Part shown: piece by piece, positions 49,686-63,321 of the stretch
How the letters are laid out: each line of letters starts with the position of its first letter
Numbering within the stretch: the stretch's first letter is position 1
NCBI RefSeq assembly: GCF_037042905.1
Contig: NC_087260.1
Coordinates: 2,356,001 to 2,420,000 of the forward strand
Direction of reading: 5' to 3'
Length of the DNA: 64,000 nt
DNA from: Lytechinus pictus
Lineage: Eukaryota
Notes under the pieces: model-generated
The model's database searches: none
Told to the model about the DNA's origin: nothing
Seen by the model: the letters and a program-made list of their open reading frames with translations, nothing else
Made by a program: the position numbers and the translations under genes

Positions 49686-50218
49686 ATTCAGCAGCTAGGC
49701 TTATTGCTAAACGTCGTTCACGCGAGTCTGTCACTCCACTGCTAAGAGAGCTTCATATGCTAAGGGTTCGTGAACGAATTGATTTTAAGATCCTCTTGCT
49801 TACTTTCCAATGTTTGATAAAATCAGCTCCAGTCTATCTTCAACAATTAATATCAGAATACTCACCCTCCCGCAACTTGCGCTCATGCAAAAAATCACTC
49901 TTAGAAGTTCCTGCCATCAACACCCAGCCTGGTTCCCGATCTTTTTGTTCAGCATCCCCTCAACTTTGGAACAACCTACCTCAGAGCATAAAACAAGCAG
50001 ACTCCACTGACAAATTCAAATCTATGTTAAAAACTCATCTTTTCGTTAAATAGATCGTCCTTAGCATATGCTGCTTCAACTGTCTACTTTCAACTGTCAA
50101 CATATATAATTTGATTTTAGCTGAAATTTCTTGTCTTCCTATGTGTTTTCCTTAAGCGCTTAGAGACATTCTTTGTGATAAGCGCTATATAAATGATGTT
50201 AATTATTATTATTATTAT
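49686..50218 (+). mobile_element. 5'-truncated L2-type LINE (ORF2 C-terminus + 3' UTR)
   Basis: AARLIAKRRSRESVTPLLRELHMLRVRERIDFKILLLTF...RSFCSASPQLWNNLP...FKSMLKTHLF; tail aagcgcttagagac...gcgctatataaat(tat)n. Confidence 0.9.
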
Positions 50219-52406
50219 GAAAGAAAAGAAAGGAAAAGAAACGGTAATTTTGGAAAGAGTGATGGCTGTAGAAAAAAGAGAAGAAAGGGACGTAAAAGAA
50301 AAGGAAAAAAGGAGTTAGAGAAGGATTGGAATATGAATGGGAGAGACAAAAAAGGAAGCACACGGAAAGTTTCAAAAAAGGGAAACGGAAATGAAAAGGG
50401 GAAATGCCGTTCTTTCTCTGGACCCTTATTTTCCTTCTTTTTTTTCTTCACCCTTTCCCATTTCTCTCCTTTCCCCTCGCCCCTTCCCTTTATTTCCACG
50501 GATAACTTTTTTTTTTTATATTTAAACAATAATTATCTACAAAATATAATGTAAATTTCTTTTTATGTTAATAAACATTATGTCTTTGAATGATAATATT
50601 GTTGTATAATCATGTCAGTGTTTCGTATTGTAAAATATTTGTTATAAATGCATAAAAATGATTTGTAATATTCTTTTGCTCTGTTGGAACTTGAATTTCT
50701 TTCTCTTTTGGCGTTCCCTTCTCTCTCTCTCTCTCTTTATTATAATTTTTTTTTTTTTTGGGGGGGGGGGGGTTGGGAGGGGACTGATAAGTCCCCTTCG
50801 GTCCGCATGGATCCGCACCTGGTATATATAGTCATTAGATGTAGAATATTTGAGTTTTTATTACAACATCTCAGCAAAACTGGCACTTAATATGAGGAGC
50901 ATATAGTGGCCTGATGAGCCAACATTTTGAGGGGGTCAGAGATGGCGTGTGGGGCGAAATTTCAAAAACAAAAAAACCTGCGAGTGGATGAGTGAAATAA
51001 CCGAGCGATTTTTCAAACGTTTTTGATAAAAGAATCATAAGCCCTAGTAGAATTAATTTTCCTTACCCTCTTGTTTTTCTTGGTCGTGAAACTTTTTTGG
51101 GGGGTCCACTGTGACACTGTAGGCCTAATAGCTGGCGCCTTTAAAATCGTAGGCCCATCTTGAAAACTTCGGAGCGGAATAACTTCTTTCATTGTATAAT
51201 AATACAAATAAATACATACATAAGGTTCAGTTCTGGATGCAGGATCTTCTGTTCCTCTATGTCCTGCTCCGGCCTGGTGATAAACATGGACGTCTGAAGA
51301 ATTGGCGCGGTACGCGGGGGAGGAGCCTTATAATATCAAATTTAAATAATTTTAATTTTGCATTGTCCGCCAACAAAAATCTATCCTTTTTTTCAAACTG
51401 TAATATATATACTTAGACTCTACTACAAGCTCAGGAAGACTATTCCATTAGTTGCAGATTCTCAATAATATAGATGTATTTCACGCAATCAAAATGCCTC
51501 TTATATTATAATGCCATTCCTAGATTGAGTATTCTTCTCGATAACTCATATTCCAGGGGCCGCTGAAGCCACGCCCCCCCCCATTTTTATTCAAAATCGC
51601 GTACAAAACATAAAAATGACCATCTGATTGTGATTTTTTGCATGGTCAATCTACCCAATTTCGGCTCAGCCCCCACCTTTCTTTTCCGCAGCCCTGTAAT
51701 TCGAATTGCAAAAGTTACAATATAAAAGATTAGACAAAATTACTGATACTACAATTCGCCCTTTTTAGGCTTACGAATTGAAAACTAATAATTTTGATGG
51801 ATAAGCAGAAATAAACAAAATAAAAACAACCAAATAAATGAATAAAATAATAACGAAAGCATAAGTAATAAACACGTACACGTACGTCATGAATTAGGGG
51901 TGGCATGCTTTCCTATATTGAGATCGATAGGCGGATAGCTATAGTTTTTTTTTCCTTCCTCTCTCATTCTCAAACATTTAAGACAAAGAAAACCCCAATG
52001 ATTTATTCCCTAAATTAAAATTGTAATTATATCTGTATGGAAATCTGAAATGGCAAATAAAAATGATTGTTTTCATTTCGGAAGACACCATAAGCAGGAT
52101 GTCTTTTATTTTGTGAGCTTAGTTAGCAGTAGCGGAAGTCTTTTTGGTCGCTAAAGATGCTTGAGCAATAGAGTCCGAGTAAACATTTATCGCTAATGCG
52201 GAAATAACTCCACACATATTGTGCATGCAGTTTGTGTAGAATCGTATTTTCGTGAATGAAAGGGAAATCCATTTCATGTTTTGGTGAAATTCGTGATCAT
52301 GGCTTGAACTGAAACGAATGACAGCGACTGTTATATGTTTGTAACGTACAGTAGGTCGTGTTAATTTTTGTTTTTTGGACCTAAGTTGTGTGCAAGTGCA
52401 GAAAAA

Positions 52407-52969
52407 ATGGACACTATCGGCGGTGGATTCAGCCGGACTTCTCGGCCCCGCGGTACGGTGCAGGGACTGTTCACTCCCGAGGACGAGTACGGGGACCTGT
52501 ACCCGGAAGTTAGCTCCATAAGGAAAGACTCGCCGCCGCTGCGAGAGATTCTTTCGAAGCGCGGTGCCTCCTTGTCGGAGTATCTCATCAGCGATGCGGC
52601 CGCAGCCAAAGATGAGGAAAAGGACCTCTTCTGGTTCCATGGCCGTATAACAAGGGACATAGCCGTACATATTCTACGGGACAATGGGTCGGGAGAGGGG
52701 ACATTCTTGGTGCGAGAGAGCACAAGTCGGAGCGGAGATTATGTTGTCTCAATCATGCACAACGGGGCGCCGCAACATTTTCAGATTCAGTGCATGGGGG
52801 ACTTTTATTATAAAATAGACAACGGGCCCCTGTTTCAGGGACTGGACCAACTCATAAACTATTATCGTCTGGGCTCTAATGGGCTCCCGACGAAACTCAC
52901 TGTATTTTGCAAGGGGCTTACTCCACCTGCTTGCTCAAGACGATTTGGTCGGACAACACCGCTCCACAG
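52407..52969 (+). CDS. shark: First coding exon of SH2-ankyrin-repeat non-receptor tyrosine kinase (SHARK/HTK16-like)
   Basis: SH2 domain WFHGRITR...GTFLVRES...GDYVVS...HFQI...GLDQLINYY followed by NGLPTKLTV...PP...R.G.T..LHR, the SH2-to-ankyrin junction seen in Shark/HTK16. GTAAGA donor at 52970; no further exon recognised in the window. Confidence 0.85.
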
Positions 52970-53597
52970 GTAAGAAAATTCTCCAGTAAAGCGCGAAAGA
53001 AGGGCCTAGATGTCAACCTAACATTAAAAAGTAAAGTGAAACATACATGAATATAGCCTTACTGACAACAGGATGGGGAGGAAAAGGTGGCAGCGAGGGT
53101 GGGGGGCCAGGGAGCTGGCTGTCTGAGAATATTTTTTTTTTCTCTGTATAGGCTATAGCAGGGTTCGCATGTTTTAAATGCTGTATTTCAAAACATGGTA
53201 ACACCTGTTTTTTCCCCCCAAAAAATGTGTTTAAAAAAACACAGCATATATAGAGTCTTGTTTTGTGTGTTGTTGATATACGTGGATGTGATTTCAGATT
53301 AATCATTGTTTTTTTTTTACTTTAATTTCTCAAGTGGAGTATTTTCTTCCTAACAGTCTAACTAATTAAATTAAAACTCTTTTCTTTATCCACACCCCTC
53401 TTCTCTTTCTTTCTTCTCCTTCATCCTCCCCTCCTCTGTCAAGTGTTTCAGTTTAAGCAACATACAATGTATATTAACAAATATAAAACTGGCATTTTAC
53501 TCTTGAGGTACGTGTACACATGAAAGTGAAACTTTGCATTTACCTTACCTTCAAGCTTGTAAAGCCAAGATGCAGAACAAATGTGAGAAAACAAGCT

Positions 53598-53760
53598 TTT
53601 AGTCACCAAATAGTCAAATATAACTGGAACTCTCTCCCAGCTGAGGTCGTCGAAGCTCCCACACTAGACACCTTTAAAATCAGGCTAGACCGACACTAGA
53701 GAGACAGCCATTATGATTCCGAGTACTCTTAGATATAGATAGATATGTAAAGAAGTCAAT
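53598..53760 (+). mobile_element. CR1-type LINE 3' fragment
   Basis: Translates WNSLPAEVVEAPTLDTFKIRLDRH. Confidence 0.75.
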
Positions 53761-53798
53761 TATCACCTGCTTGCCCCATTGCCCCCTTAAACTTATAA

Positions 53799-55597
53799 CA
53801 AGGCTCGACATTAGCGGTGGCCCGGTGGCCCGGGGCCACCAGAAATTCACCTCGGGCAACCATTATTGAAAAAATATTAAGTTTTGGTGGCCCGAATCGG
53901 GCAACCAATAATTTTCAAAATAGCGCAATTTTTCTCCCCATTTTGCATGCATTTATCAACCTTCTACAGTTCAAATAGCAAGCCAGTTCGTCATGCGCCC
54001 TTTTTGTTGATCTACACACAAACACACACACAAAGTTGGACTACCGCTATAGCATTAAGTAGCTTTTATCCAGCCGGCCGCGCCGGCCGGCTGGCGTGAG
54101 CTTTGCATGCTTGAAGCAGCTGTGCTTTAGCAGCCTATTCAGACTCAGGGAGCTGCAATACGAAATGTTGCTGCTAAGAAATCTTCCACAGAACTGTGAA
54201 ATCCAAGTCAAAGTCACATTTTACACCAATGAAATGACCTTCTACAGACCTTTTTGCTAAAATCTGGTGTATCCTGATTATTTGCAAGCATTAAAAAGAG
54301 GAATCATGACCTCTCTTATGACTCAAAAAGACCGATTTCCAAATGAAAATAATACACATAAAAACACATAGGTGAGTACATCACAGTCCCACGTGTGCAT
54401 TTGTATGTATGTTGTTACTTGGTTTCTTTCGAAGCTGTGTCTTTTCCAGTCTTTTCTAGCCAAACATAAACAGACAGTTACTTTCTTTCTTGTTTATAAA
54501 TGACTTCTTAACCCTAAAATGGCCGGGGGGGGGGGGGTTGAATCAACCCCCCCTCAACATTTTCTGCGATCATTCTGCCGCGCGAAATTTTTTGACCGCG
54601 CCACTCACAGAGTTTATACTTTTAAGTCTCACGAATCTTTTGAGACCAAATTTACGACGCCCGGGTACGCGGTTCCGAAATTACGCAACATTTTGTAAGT
54701 GCATGTCAGACCAAAAATTGTTCCAAAACGTGATTTTGTGTACAAAGTCAATGCAAATTGAGTTTTCTCATCTTATTCATAAAGATATGATTATTTTTAC
54801 TTTAAACAGCTGAAAGCAATTGATTTTAGCATAATTATGCTTCAAAAAGGTTGTGCAATAAATCTGGTGAAAAAAACAAGGAAAAACAAAAGGTTGAAAA
54901 ACAATGAAATACATAAGAAATTCATAAAACAATAAAATACATAAGAAATTGATTTCCAAACCAAAGTTTTTTTCAATTGCCATTGTTAAGAATGCTACAC
55001 AGAATATTTTTACCAAAAATTAACATTCTAGGAGCTTTATTTAGTGAATTAGAGCAAAAAGTATGATTTACACATAAATTAGCATAATTAATTCATATAA
55101 AATAAAATCTCATTATTTTGGAAAATTTTACCATACAGCCTTGTAGATTACATCACACACTACCAGCGTGCAAATTTTTGCGGCGCTCGCGCTATCGGCG
55201 GCCAAGATCTCAGGGGGGGGGTTGAATCAACCCCCCCCCCCCCCCCCCCCGGCCACAGAACAGCCAAAAAAGCCCGGCCTGGTTAGGGTTAAACAACTCT
55301 TGAGAAAATAAATACTTTGGGAAGGCATTTCATTAATATGAAATGTGAATTTTTCCAACATTTTGGCAAATATAGGGAAGGAGTTTTCTCACACTTTTTT
55401 TTGCCGTTATAACTTATTATTTTCTTTCATTTTTTTTTACAGTGGTTAAACCATTTATACCCATTTATTCATTTTTAATGTTTTTCTTTATATTTTTCGG
55501 GCCACCAAACTTTCATATCGGGCCACCAAAAAAAATTAATTGAAGGTTTTGGTGGCCCGAACGGGCCACCACCAAAAAAAGTTAATGTGGAGCCTTG
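53799..55597. mobile_element. Non-autonomous hAT-like DNA transposon (7-bp TSD), host of a nested piggyBac MITE
   Basis: TIR CAAGGCTC(G/C)ACATTA; subterminal GGTGGCCCG repeats; CTTATAA at 53792-53798 and 55598-55604. Confidence 0.85.
54512..55288. mobile_element. piggyBac-type MITE
   Basis: TTAA|CCCTAA...TTAGGG|TTAA; subterminal G(n)TTGAATCAAC(n) palindromes at both ends. Confidence 0.85.
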
Positions 55598-55994
55598 CTT
55601 ATAATAATATTGGAGCATGATTAAAGCTGATAAGAACCTGGAATCTTCACTGCTGATACAGCATTCTTCCTGTATTTGTGGTAACGTAAGGTAAGGTAAT
55701 AATTTCTGTTAAAAAATAAAAACAAAGGAAAAAAAAATTGCAGCATAAGATATAAAAAACAATAAAATACATGTACATTGGTAGAAAACATTTCTATAGA
55801 CTATACTGATGTTTTTTATGTGCGTTTGATCAGAAAAATTACAATGGCAGTATAGGATTTTACTTGATGGAATGTACAGTGCGTATCAAAAAAGTTTGCA
55901 CTGAGAAATATTCCTGTAAAATTGTATATTTGTAATAAAGGTAATAATTTCTGTAAAAAAATTAAAACAGAGGAAGAAAAAACACTGGAATGTA

Positions 55995-56971
55995 CAGTGC
56001 GTATCAAAAGAAAAAGATAATCCTGTAAAATTGTACATTTTAATCCTGAAGCTTTTTCCACATTTGAACGTTGGTACAGTTCTCTTTTTACGAAATTGTC
56101 AAAAATCTGTCCGCTTGAGTGAGCATCACTTTTGAAAGATCGTGAAAAATGATTTGCGCGGAACTTGAAAATAGTTATATGAATAGAAGTAGACGCTAAT
56201 CATGCAGAACACATGGACTTTAGCTAGGAAGATTGATTGAAGATATATCTTTTACCAATAATTTGTTTCCTTGCTCTAAACACTTCATAGAGCGCCATTG
56301 CGCCCCCTCCCCTCCCCACAAACCGAAGCCATTGTGATGATACAGCTGTAAGTTTACATGGAGCTGTGATTCACATGAATTGGCTTAGGTTTGATTTTCG
56401 TTTTGTTAATCATTGTCAAGCTTGGGAAAAGTGTAGAGAAACAAGTATTAAATGAAATTTATATTAAATGTTGTCTCACTATGATAAAAACTTAGTGAAA
56501 GAATGCTGAAGATGTCTGAAATAAACTTTTGTTTCCATTCAGTATGTATGTCCTCAGATCCAGCTGGCTCAAAAAGGTAAAGGTTGTGCTGTAATACCAA
56601 GGGTTAAAATGTTAATTTGGGTGGCAAAGTTGTTTAATACAAAATGTTTAAATGTACAGTGTAGGCCTATAGATCTGTTTTATTTCACTTTGCTAAAATG
56701 CAAAAGAAATGTACTGCATGGTCAGTTTGTTTTCGCCTTTTTTCCACAACACTGCATGAAAATGAGCATTTCTGCGCAAACCAATTTCTGCAAGCTTTAC
56801 AATTTAAATGGACAGTGCTCACTCAATTGTAACATTCTGTCAATTTTTTAATTTTCATTTGATAAATGAGACCCGAACCCAATAATGTGAAGAAAAAAAA
56901 TATCCCCATATTGTATATTTTTCAATTCCCAGGACTTTTTCAAAGTTTAAACTTTTTACTGATTCACACTG
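55995..56971. mobile_element. Tc1/mariner-type non-autonomous element
   Basis: TA|CAGTGCGTATCAAAA ... TGATTCACACTG|TA; left end locally duplicated at ~55875. Confidence 0.65.
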
Positions 56972-58477
56972 TATAGAGGTTCTATGGTAATTGATTTATT
57001 TTTTTAAAATGGCACCAATTTTTTTTTAGGCCTATCCTTTCTATTGACATGCATAAAAGCTATTCAAACTGCAACAATATTTACTAGATCACTGCATCAT
57101 TTTCATTGAACAAGCAGACATTGCAATGAATGCATGCATTATTATTTGGATCAGATATTCAGTAAATATTTTAATACCTTACTATGCAAAATTCCTGTAC
57201 ATCATCATGTTTTACCAGGCAGGTGATCATTTAATTTGTTTTCTCCATTTGTCACTTTTATATCTCAGATATCAATATTCACAAATACCTTTCCTTTTGT
57301 CCCCTTTTCACGTTGGTATAAAAAAAAGTGGCTTACACTCTGAGCTCACAATAATTATTTGTTTAGATATCCGCATCCTGTTCGTGATTTCATATTTACC
57401 AAAAGGTGCCTAAAATGTCCAGTTTTGGCTTGCACAGTGAATTTTCATGTAAACCAAACAGTTCAGACTACCAATCATTTTTCATGACTTTTTGAATTAC
57501 TTTTTCTAGACTCTCTGCATGTTTATACAGTATTGGAAGAGTAAAAATTCTTCTTATTATTATTTCTTCTTCTTCTTCTTCTTTCACTTCNNNNNNNNNN
57601 NNNNNNNNNNNNNNNNNNNNNNNNNNNNNNNNNNNNNNNNNNNNNNNNNNNNNNNNNNNNNNNNNNNNNNNNNNNNNNNNNNNNNNNNNNNNNNNNNNNN
57701 NNNNNNNNNNNNNNNNNNNNNNNNNNNNNNNNNNNNNNNNNNNNNNNNNNNNNNNNNNNNNNNNNNNNNNNNNNNNNNNNNNNNNNNNNNNNNNNNNNNN
57801 NNNNNNNNNNNNNNNNNNNNNNNNNNNNNNNTTCTTATTCCTTATTCTCCTCATTCTACCTCTTTCCCTTTTCTTAATTTCTTCCTTCCTTATTTCCTTC
57901 TTTCCCTCCTTTCTTTCTAACTTTCTTTATTCCTTCATTCATTCCTTCCTGTTTTCTAAGTTCCCCTTTCTTTCTTTCTTCTCTCTCTCTCTTTCTTTCT
58001 TTCTATCTATCCAAAGTTTCTCTTTCTTTCCCTCTTTCTCTCCATCTTNNNNNNNNNNNNNNNNNNNNNNNNNNNNNNNNNNNNNNNNNNNNNNNNNNNN
58101 NNNNNNNNNNNNNNNNNNNNNNNNNNNNNNNNNNNNNNNNNNNNNNNNNNNNNNNNNNNNNNNNNNNNNNNNNNNNNNNNNNNNNNNNNNNNNNNNNNNN
58201 NNNNNNNNNNNNNNNNNNNNNNNNNNNNNNNNNNNNNNNNNNNNNNNNNNNNNNNNNNNNNNNNNNNNNNNNTTTTCTTTCCTCTTTCTCCCTTTTTTTT
58301 TTTCCAATCTAAAGATGGTCAGGTTCGAATGCATGAAGTACATGTACGTGTACGCTGTAGATAAACTGACCTGAACAATGAAAAAATGTATGTATGATGT
58401 ATAATACATTCCTGTGATTTGGGAATTAAGTGTGAAAACTACAACAGGTACAGTGTCACACATGTGTAAACATGTCA

Positions 58478-58902
58478 GGCCGTACTCATTACGCTATCTA
58501 AAATAGTTTACTGGAAACAGATTCAGGAAAGATCGCTTTGCTAGCATTCCCACTTGATCACAAGAAAGTGGTTTTCAAAATCACTTCACGTAAAGCGATC
58601 CTGTTGCTATGGAAATGCTGTCAGTGGGGTGACACGTTTCGTGTGAAATTAAAAACTGCAGCGTAGGCATTCTACACCTGTCGTGAAGCGTATCGCGCTC
58701 AAAATGTGCGAAGATCGCTTCCCGAAGAATGGTTGTGTCCTCACGCTTAAACAAGTTTAACAAGGCAAAGCGATCTTGAAAACTACATCGTGAGGTGGTT
58801 TTCTGAACCGGTCTGGAAGATTGCTTCGACCGTTCTCACTACACGTTAAACTAGTTTCCAGTTTTCCACTAAACTAGTTTTAGGACAGTAGTGAGAACGG
58901 TG
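58478..58902. mobile_element. Harbinger-type MITE
   Basis: Imperfect TIR (ccgtactcattac / gtagtgagaacgg) with 3-bp flanking repeat TCA. Confidence 0.5.
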
Positions 58903-58917
58903 TCATGGATTACTTAA

Positions 58918-59500
58918 AGGAGAATGAAACTCTTGGAGCAAGTTAGCTTTTGTGAAAGCAGAAAAATCAAAGAATAAGATCAACAAAAGTTTGAGTAAAA
59001 TAGGACTAGCAATAGAAGAGTTATGAGCATTTGAATGTCGAGATCACTAATGCTATGGAGATCCTCCCATTGGCAATGCGACCAAGATCTATGATGTCAC
59101 AGATGAACAACTCTCCCCTTTTGGACACTGAAAATATACCCAAAACATCTCTTTTTGCTCATTCTAATCATATGACAAACGATTCATCAATGATATAATG
59201 GTGTGAAACCTCTGTACTTGTCCTCTCATAAAAAGAACACATCACCTTGTGATAGACTCTATAAAAGTGAGAATATAAGTGAAATAAGTACGAAAGTAAT
59301 GAGGGAGTTGTACGTGTGTGACATCACAGATCTTGGTCGCATTGCCAATAGGAAGATCTACGTGGCATTAGTGATCTCAATATTCAAATGCTCATAACTT
59401 TCTTATTATTTATTCAATCTTCCTCAAACTTTCAACAATATGTTTCTTTGATTTTTCTCTTTGATATGGATTTAGCTGGTTTCAAGGGTTTCATTCTCCT
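58918..59500. mobile_element. Kolobok/T2-type MITE family C, complete
   Basis: TTAA|AGGAGAATGAAAC...GTTTCATTCTCCT|TTAA; near-identical inverted copy from 63607; diverged pieces at ~18975-19180 and ~42365-42540. Confidence 0.85.
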
Positions 59501-60573
59501 TTAAGATCTGTTTAAAGTTGTAAGAGAGAGACCCCTGGATTGACCACATGTACACTGTACATGTATAATGCAAGAGGAACAAAAATTGTAGCTTTTATCT
59601 GGGGTCCACAGATAACTGGCTGACCCTCCTGAATTCCTGAATATTGTTAGAAGTTTAGATTAGTGCAAGTCTTTTTAACCCCTGCATGGAATTCTATACT
59701 CTTAAAGAAGTGTAATTTTAAAGGACGAGAGGCTCTCAAAAGAATACACTTGGCCTATTGATGTGTAAAAACAGGTATGGAATTATGTTTACCCACATGT
59801 AGTATGTTTATTTTGATTAATAAATAATTTGTTGGATTAAAAATTAAGAATTTAGCTAAATATCACTCATCCACTTTTACTTTCCCCCTCAATCTGTTCA
59901 AATCAACTCTATATTTCCCCTTGAATTATAAATCTTTCCCCAAGAAGAAGACATTTCTGTAAAAGTATCCCCGAGTCATCAAAGAATGTTGGATTGTGAA
60001 TAGAGGAAATTGAGGATGCTTATGAGACAAGATCACCACTTATTCCTCATCTTTGCTAATAATAGCCCCCGCCAAATTTAGAAATGGAAATATTTTTAGA
60101 AGCACGTGCAATTGTAGAAATTACATATTTCCTTTTGGATGAACCAGAGTTGGGGGGCTTGACACCGTGTCCAAATGTCACTCATTAAAAGTGATCTTTT
60201 GGAAGTGAAAAGTGCAGAGATGATTAAGACGGATAGGATGACAATTTGAACACATTTTTTTCATTTTCTGTATCATCGGTAAGATATACAGCAATGACCT
60301 TTGATGGTAATATTATTACCAACACAAAAAAAATCTGATAAGGCCAATATTATAATCATGAATTATGAAGTGTGCTATAAACACTTTTCAAGTGTAAGTG
60401 TTTTTTTTGTTTTGTATTCTAGAGGAAATTGTTTCCTATCAAGTGGAAGAATATTGTCATTTTTATCAGCCACGGTCACGTTACCAACTTACCATTGATC
60501 ACAGATTCGCAATCGTCACATGATTCCTGTTTCAATCTCTCTCACATAAAGTCCTTTATCTCTGCATCATTGA

Positions 60574-61175
60574 AGGGATACTTTGGGCTGGAGATATATC
60601 TAACTAAGTAGAGTAAAATTCAGAGCAAAATGCTGAAAATTTCATCAAAATCAGGTAACAAATAACAAAGCTATTGAATTTTAAAGATTTGCATTATTCC
60701 GGTGAAACAGTTCTAGGCATGTCTTCATGAATATTCATTAGGTGGGCTGATGATGTCACATCCCCACTTTTATTTTTCTTATGTTATCACATCCAATCAT
60801 AATTGTTTCATTTTTTTCATAAATGTGTATTAAAGTGATGTGTCTCCATTATGATGAAGTAAGTTGCAGCAATAAATAACTAGTGCACTTATCAGTTGTC
60901 AGTCCAATTCTTTTAGTTCTTGGTAGAAGTTTTTTTTAATAAACCTAATTTCATATAATAAAATACAAAAAGTGGGGATACGACATCATCAGCCCACCTA
61001 ATGAATAATCATGAAGACATGCCTAGAACTGTTTCACTGGAATAATGCAAATCTTTAAAATTCAATAACTTCATTATTTGTTATCCGATTTTGATGAAAT
61101 TTTCAGCATTTTGCTCTGAATTTTACTCTTTTCATTGAAATACATGTATGAATATCTTCAGCCTGGCGCATCCCT
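60574..61175. mobile_element. Kolobok/T2-type MITE family A, largely palindromic
   Basis: AGGGATAC...GCATCCCT|TTAA; long arms match each other in reverse complement. Confidence 0.8.
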
Positions 61176-62319
61176 TTAAACCCTCTCAAAATATTTAGAT
61201 GGTAAAAAAAATCAATATCAATTATTGCTCTACTTTTCCAACAATCCATTTTTACATTGGACCCTTTTGCATTGATGGATTCTTTGTCAAAATCTGAATG
61301 GAATCGTTGAACCAAAATACTGTATCACCCTTTCTCATTCAATGTTATCATACATGTATCCCTCTCCTAATGGAGGCCCTTCAAACAATATCAGAAAGTT
61401 TGAATACAATTGAATTTCATGCTTGAGAAGTGGTTTATACTTTAAAAGAAAAAAATACTGTTAGTGATAGGGAGAAAATTACATGTACATGTACATGATT
61501 GTGACATTTTACAGTACCGGTATCCATAAATATCAGATTGTTTCTTCCACAATTTAACATATATTTCATGTAAGTGTGGAACAAAAAGACTAATTCTTCT
61601 TCAACGTACCATTGTTTTGATTTAGAACTTTTAATTGATGTCATTCACAAATTTCAAATTAGCTCACATGATGCAATGGATTCTTAATAGAGTTTGCCTG
61701 TATAATGGACATACATGTTCCTGTGACAAGCTTTCATAAAGTCGAGTTCAAAATCCTACCAATTATTAAAGAAATATCCACCTGATCTAAATAATCGGCT
61801 ACACCACAATAGATCCTAAAAATAGACCAGGTAGCATGAAAATAGTCACAGACAGGTGGGGACTGATGATTTTATCCAAGGGCTTGTTTCGTCAAAAGAT
61901 CTCAAGTGATTAAAGGTGGTTGCATTAGTGTTCATATGACAGGTTGGGATTCAACAAACTTATAATAGGAGAACAGTCAGTGGGTACATTTGTCATACCT
62001 TTCTGGGGTAGAATTAAGATTTCATAACATGTTACTGGGTACTTTGTGTTAGATGATATGAGTATGCATATTCAGACTGACTCGATCACCAGAATATTAC
62101 CTATTCAGGGTAAAAATACTCTGCATAATTTCTACATTCACACCGACCTAAAGCAGACCCTTTGAGATGAATTCTCGATTTTATGCGTAGTATCCATGGT
62201 CTGAATAACAGGAGAGTTGCACGATTCAAAATCGCCAGTTCAGCAGTCCCCCAATACACATTCTCTCTACACAGTGTACTACCTTCACCCAATTTTGTTC
62301 AGTATGAATCTCCCATCCC

Positions 62320-62710
62320 TTGTCTCCTCAACCTCCTCCTTCATCACCCCAATCATCTCTTTACCCCCCCCCCCCTCCCCCACCCCCTCATCCTCCACAT
62401 TCCATCTTCCTTCGCTCCCACTTGCCCCGCCCACCCCCCTCCTTCCCTTCTCCACCCCTTCCTCTCCCACCCTCCTTTCCTTCAACCCCTACCTGTCTTC
62501 TTTTTACCCCCCCTCAGCCTCATCCTCCCTTTCTCTACCCCCTCCCTTCACTCTCACTCACCCCTCTCTACTCATTTTCCCTTCCTTTCAACCCTTCTCA
62601 TCCACCCATCCCCATACATTTTCCCCTCCTCCTCCAGCCTATCCCCACCCCGTTCCCTCTTCGCCCTCACTTATACCCATTTTCTTCATCTTACTTCCCC
62701 TTCCTCCATG
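62320..62710. repeat. C/T-rich low-complexity tract
   Basis: Direct reading. Confidence 0.8.
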
Positions 62711-62974
62711 CTCTGAAATATGAATTATTTCTTTGGAGATGATATGAATAGGCAATTTTCAGACTGTCAAGTATTATGCACCTTAACAGGGCAACGGTTA
62801 TTTTGCCCCCCCCCCCTGGATCTGTTAATGTTAAGAATTTGTATTTTCAATTTGTATTGTATATATATGATTGTATTGATTGTATTTTGTTTTGTTTTAT
62901 GTTATACAGGGCCCCCAAGTACAACAGTATTTGAAAACAGACAGGGCTATCATGTTCAAATAATTCTTAATAAA

Positions 62975-63195
62975 TTGATAAATAGATAGATGAATAAATA
63001 AATAAATAAATAGATACATGTACATGTGTAGATAGATAGATAGGTAGGTACATGTAGGTAGGTAGGTAGGTAGGTAGGTAGATAGATAGATAGACCTGTA
63101 GGTATGTAGAAAGATAGATAGATAGATGTAGGTATGTAGATAGATAGATATATAGATAGATGTAGGTAGATAGATAAATAGAAAGATAGATAGAT
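62975..63195. repeat. Compound (AAAT)/(TAGA)/(TAGG) microsatellite
   Basis: Direct reading. Confidence 0.9.
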
Positions 63196-63321
63196 TTCAT
63201 TTGCCCCCGGATGCCCTCTTGGATACTCCCTCCATCCCCTATCTATGCCCCCTCTATCGTAAATTATCCTGTACTGCAACATGGAGACAGTTGAACATAA
63301 AACCAATAGTACTTGGCTTAA

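Noticed and set aside
48678-50554. Lys/Arg/Glu-rich and Phe/Leu/Ser-rich ORFs
   Set aside because: Products of polypurine/polypyrimidine low-complexity DNA; only 49757-50053 is meaningful, as an L2 remnant
52119-52723. 183-aa and 120-aa minus-strand ORFs
   Set aside because: Antisense shadows of the SH2 exon; no recognisable domain
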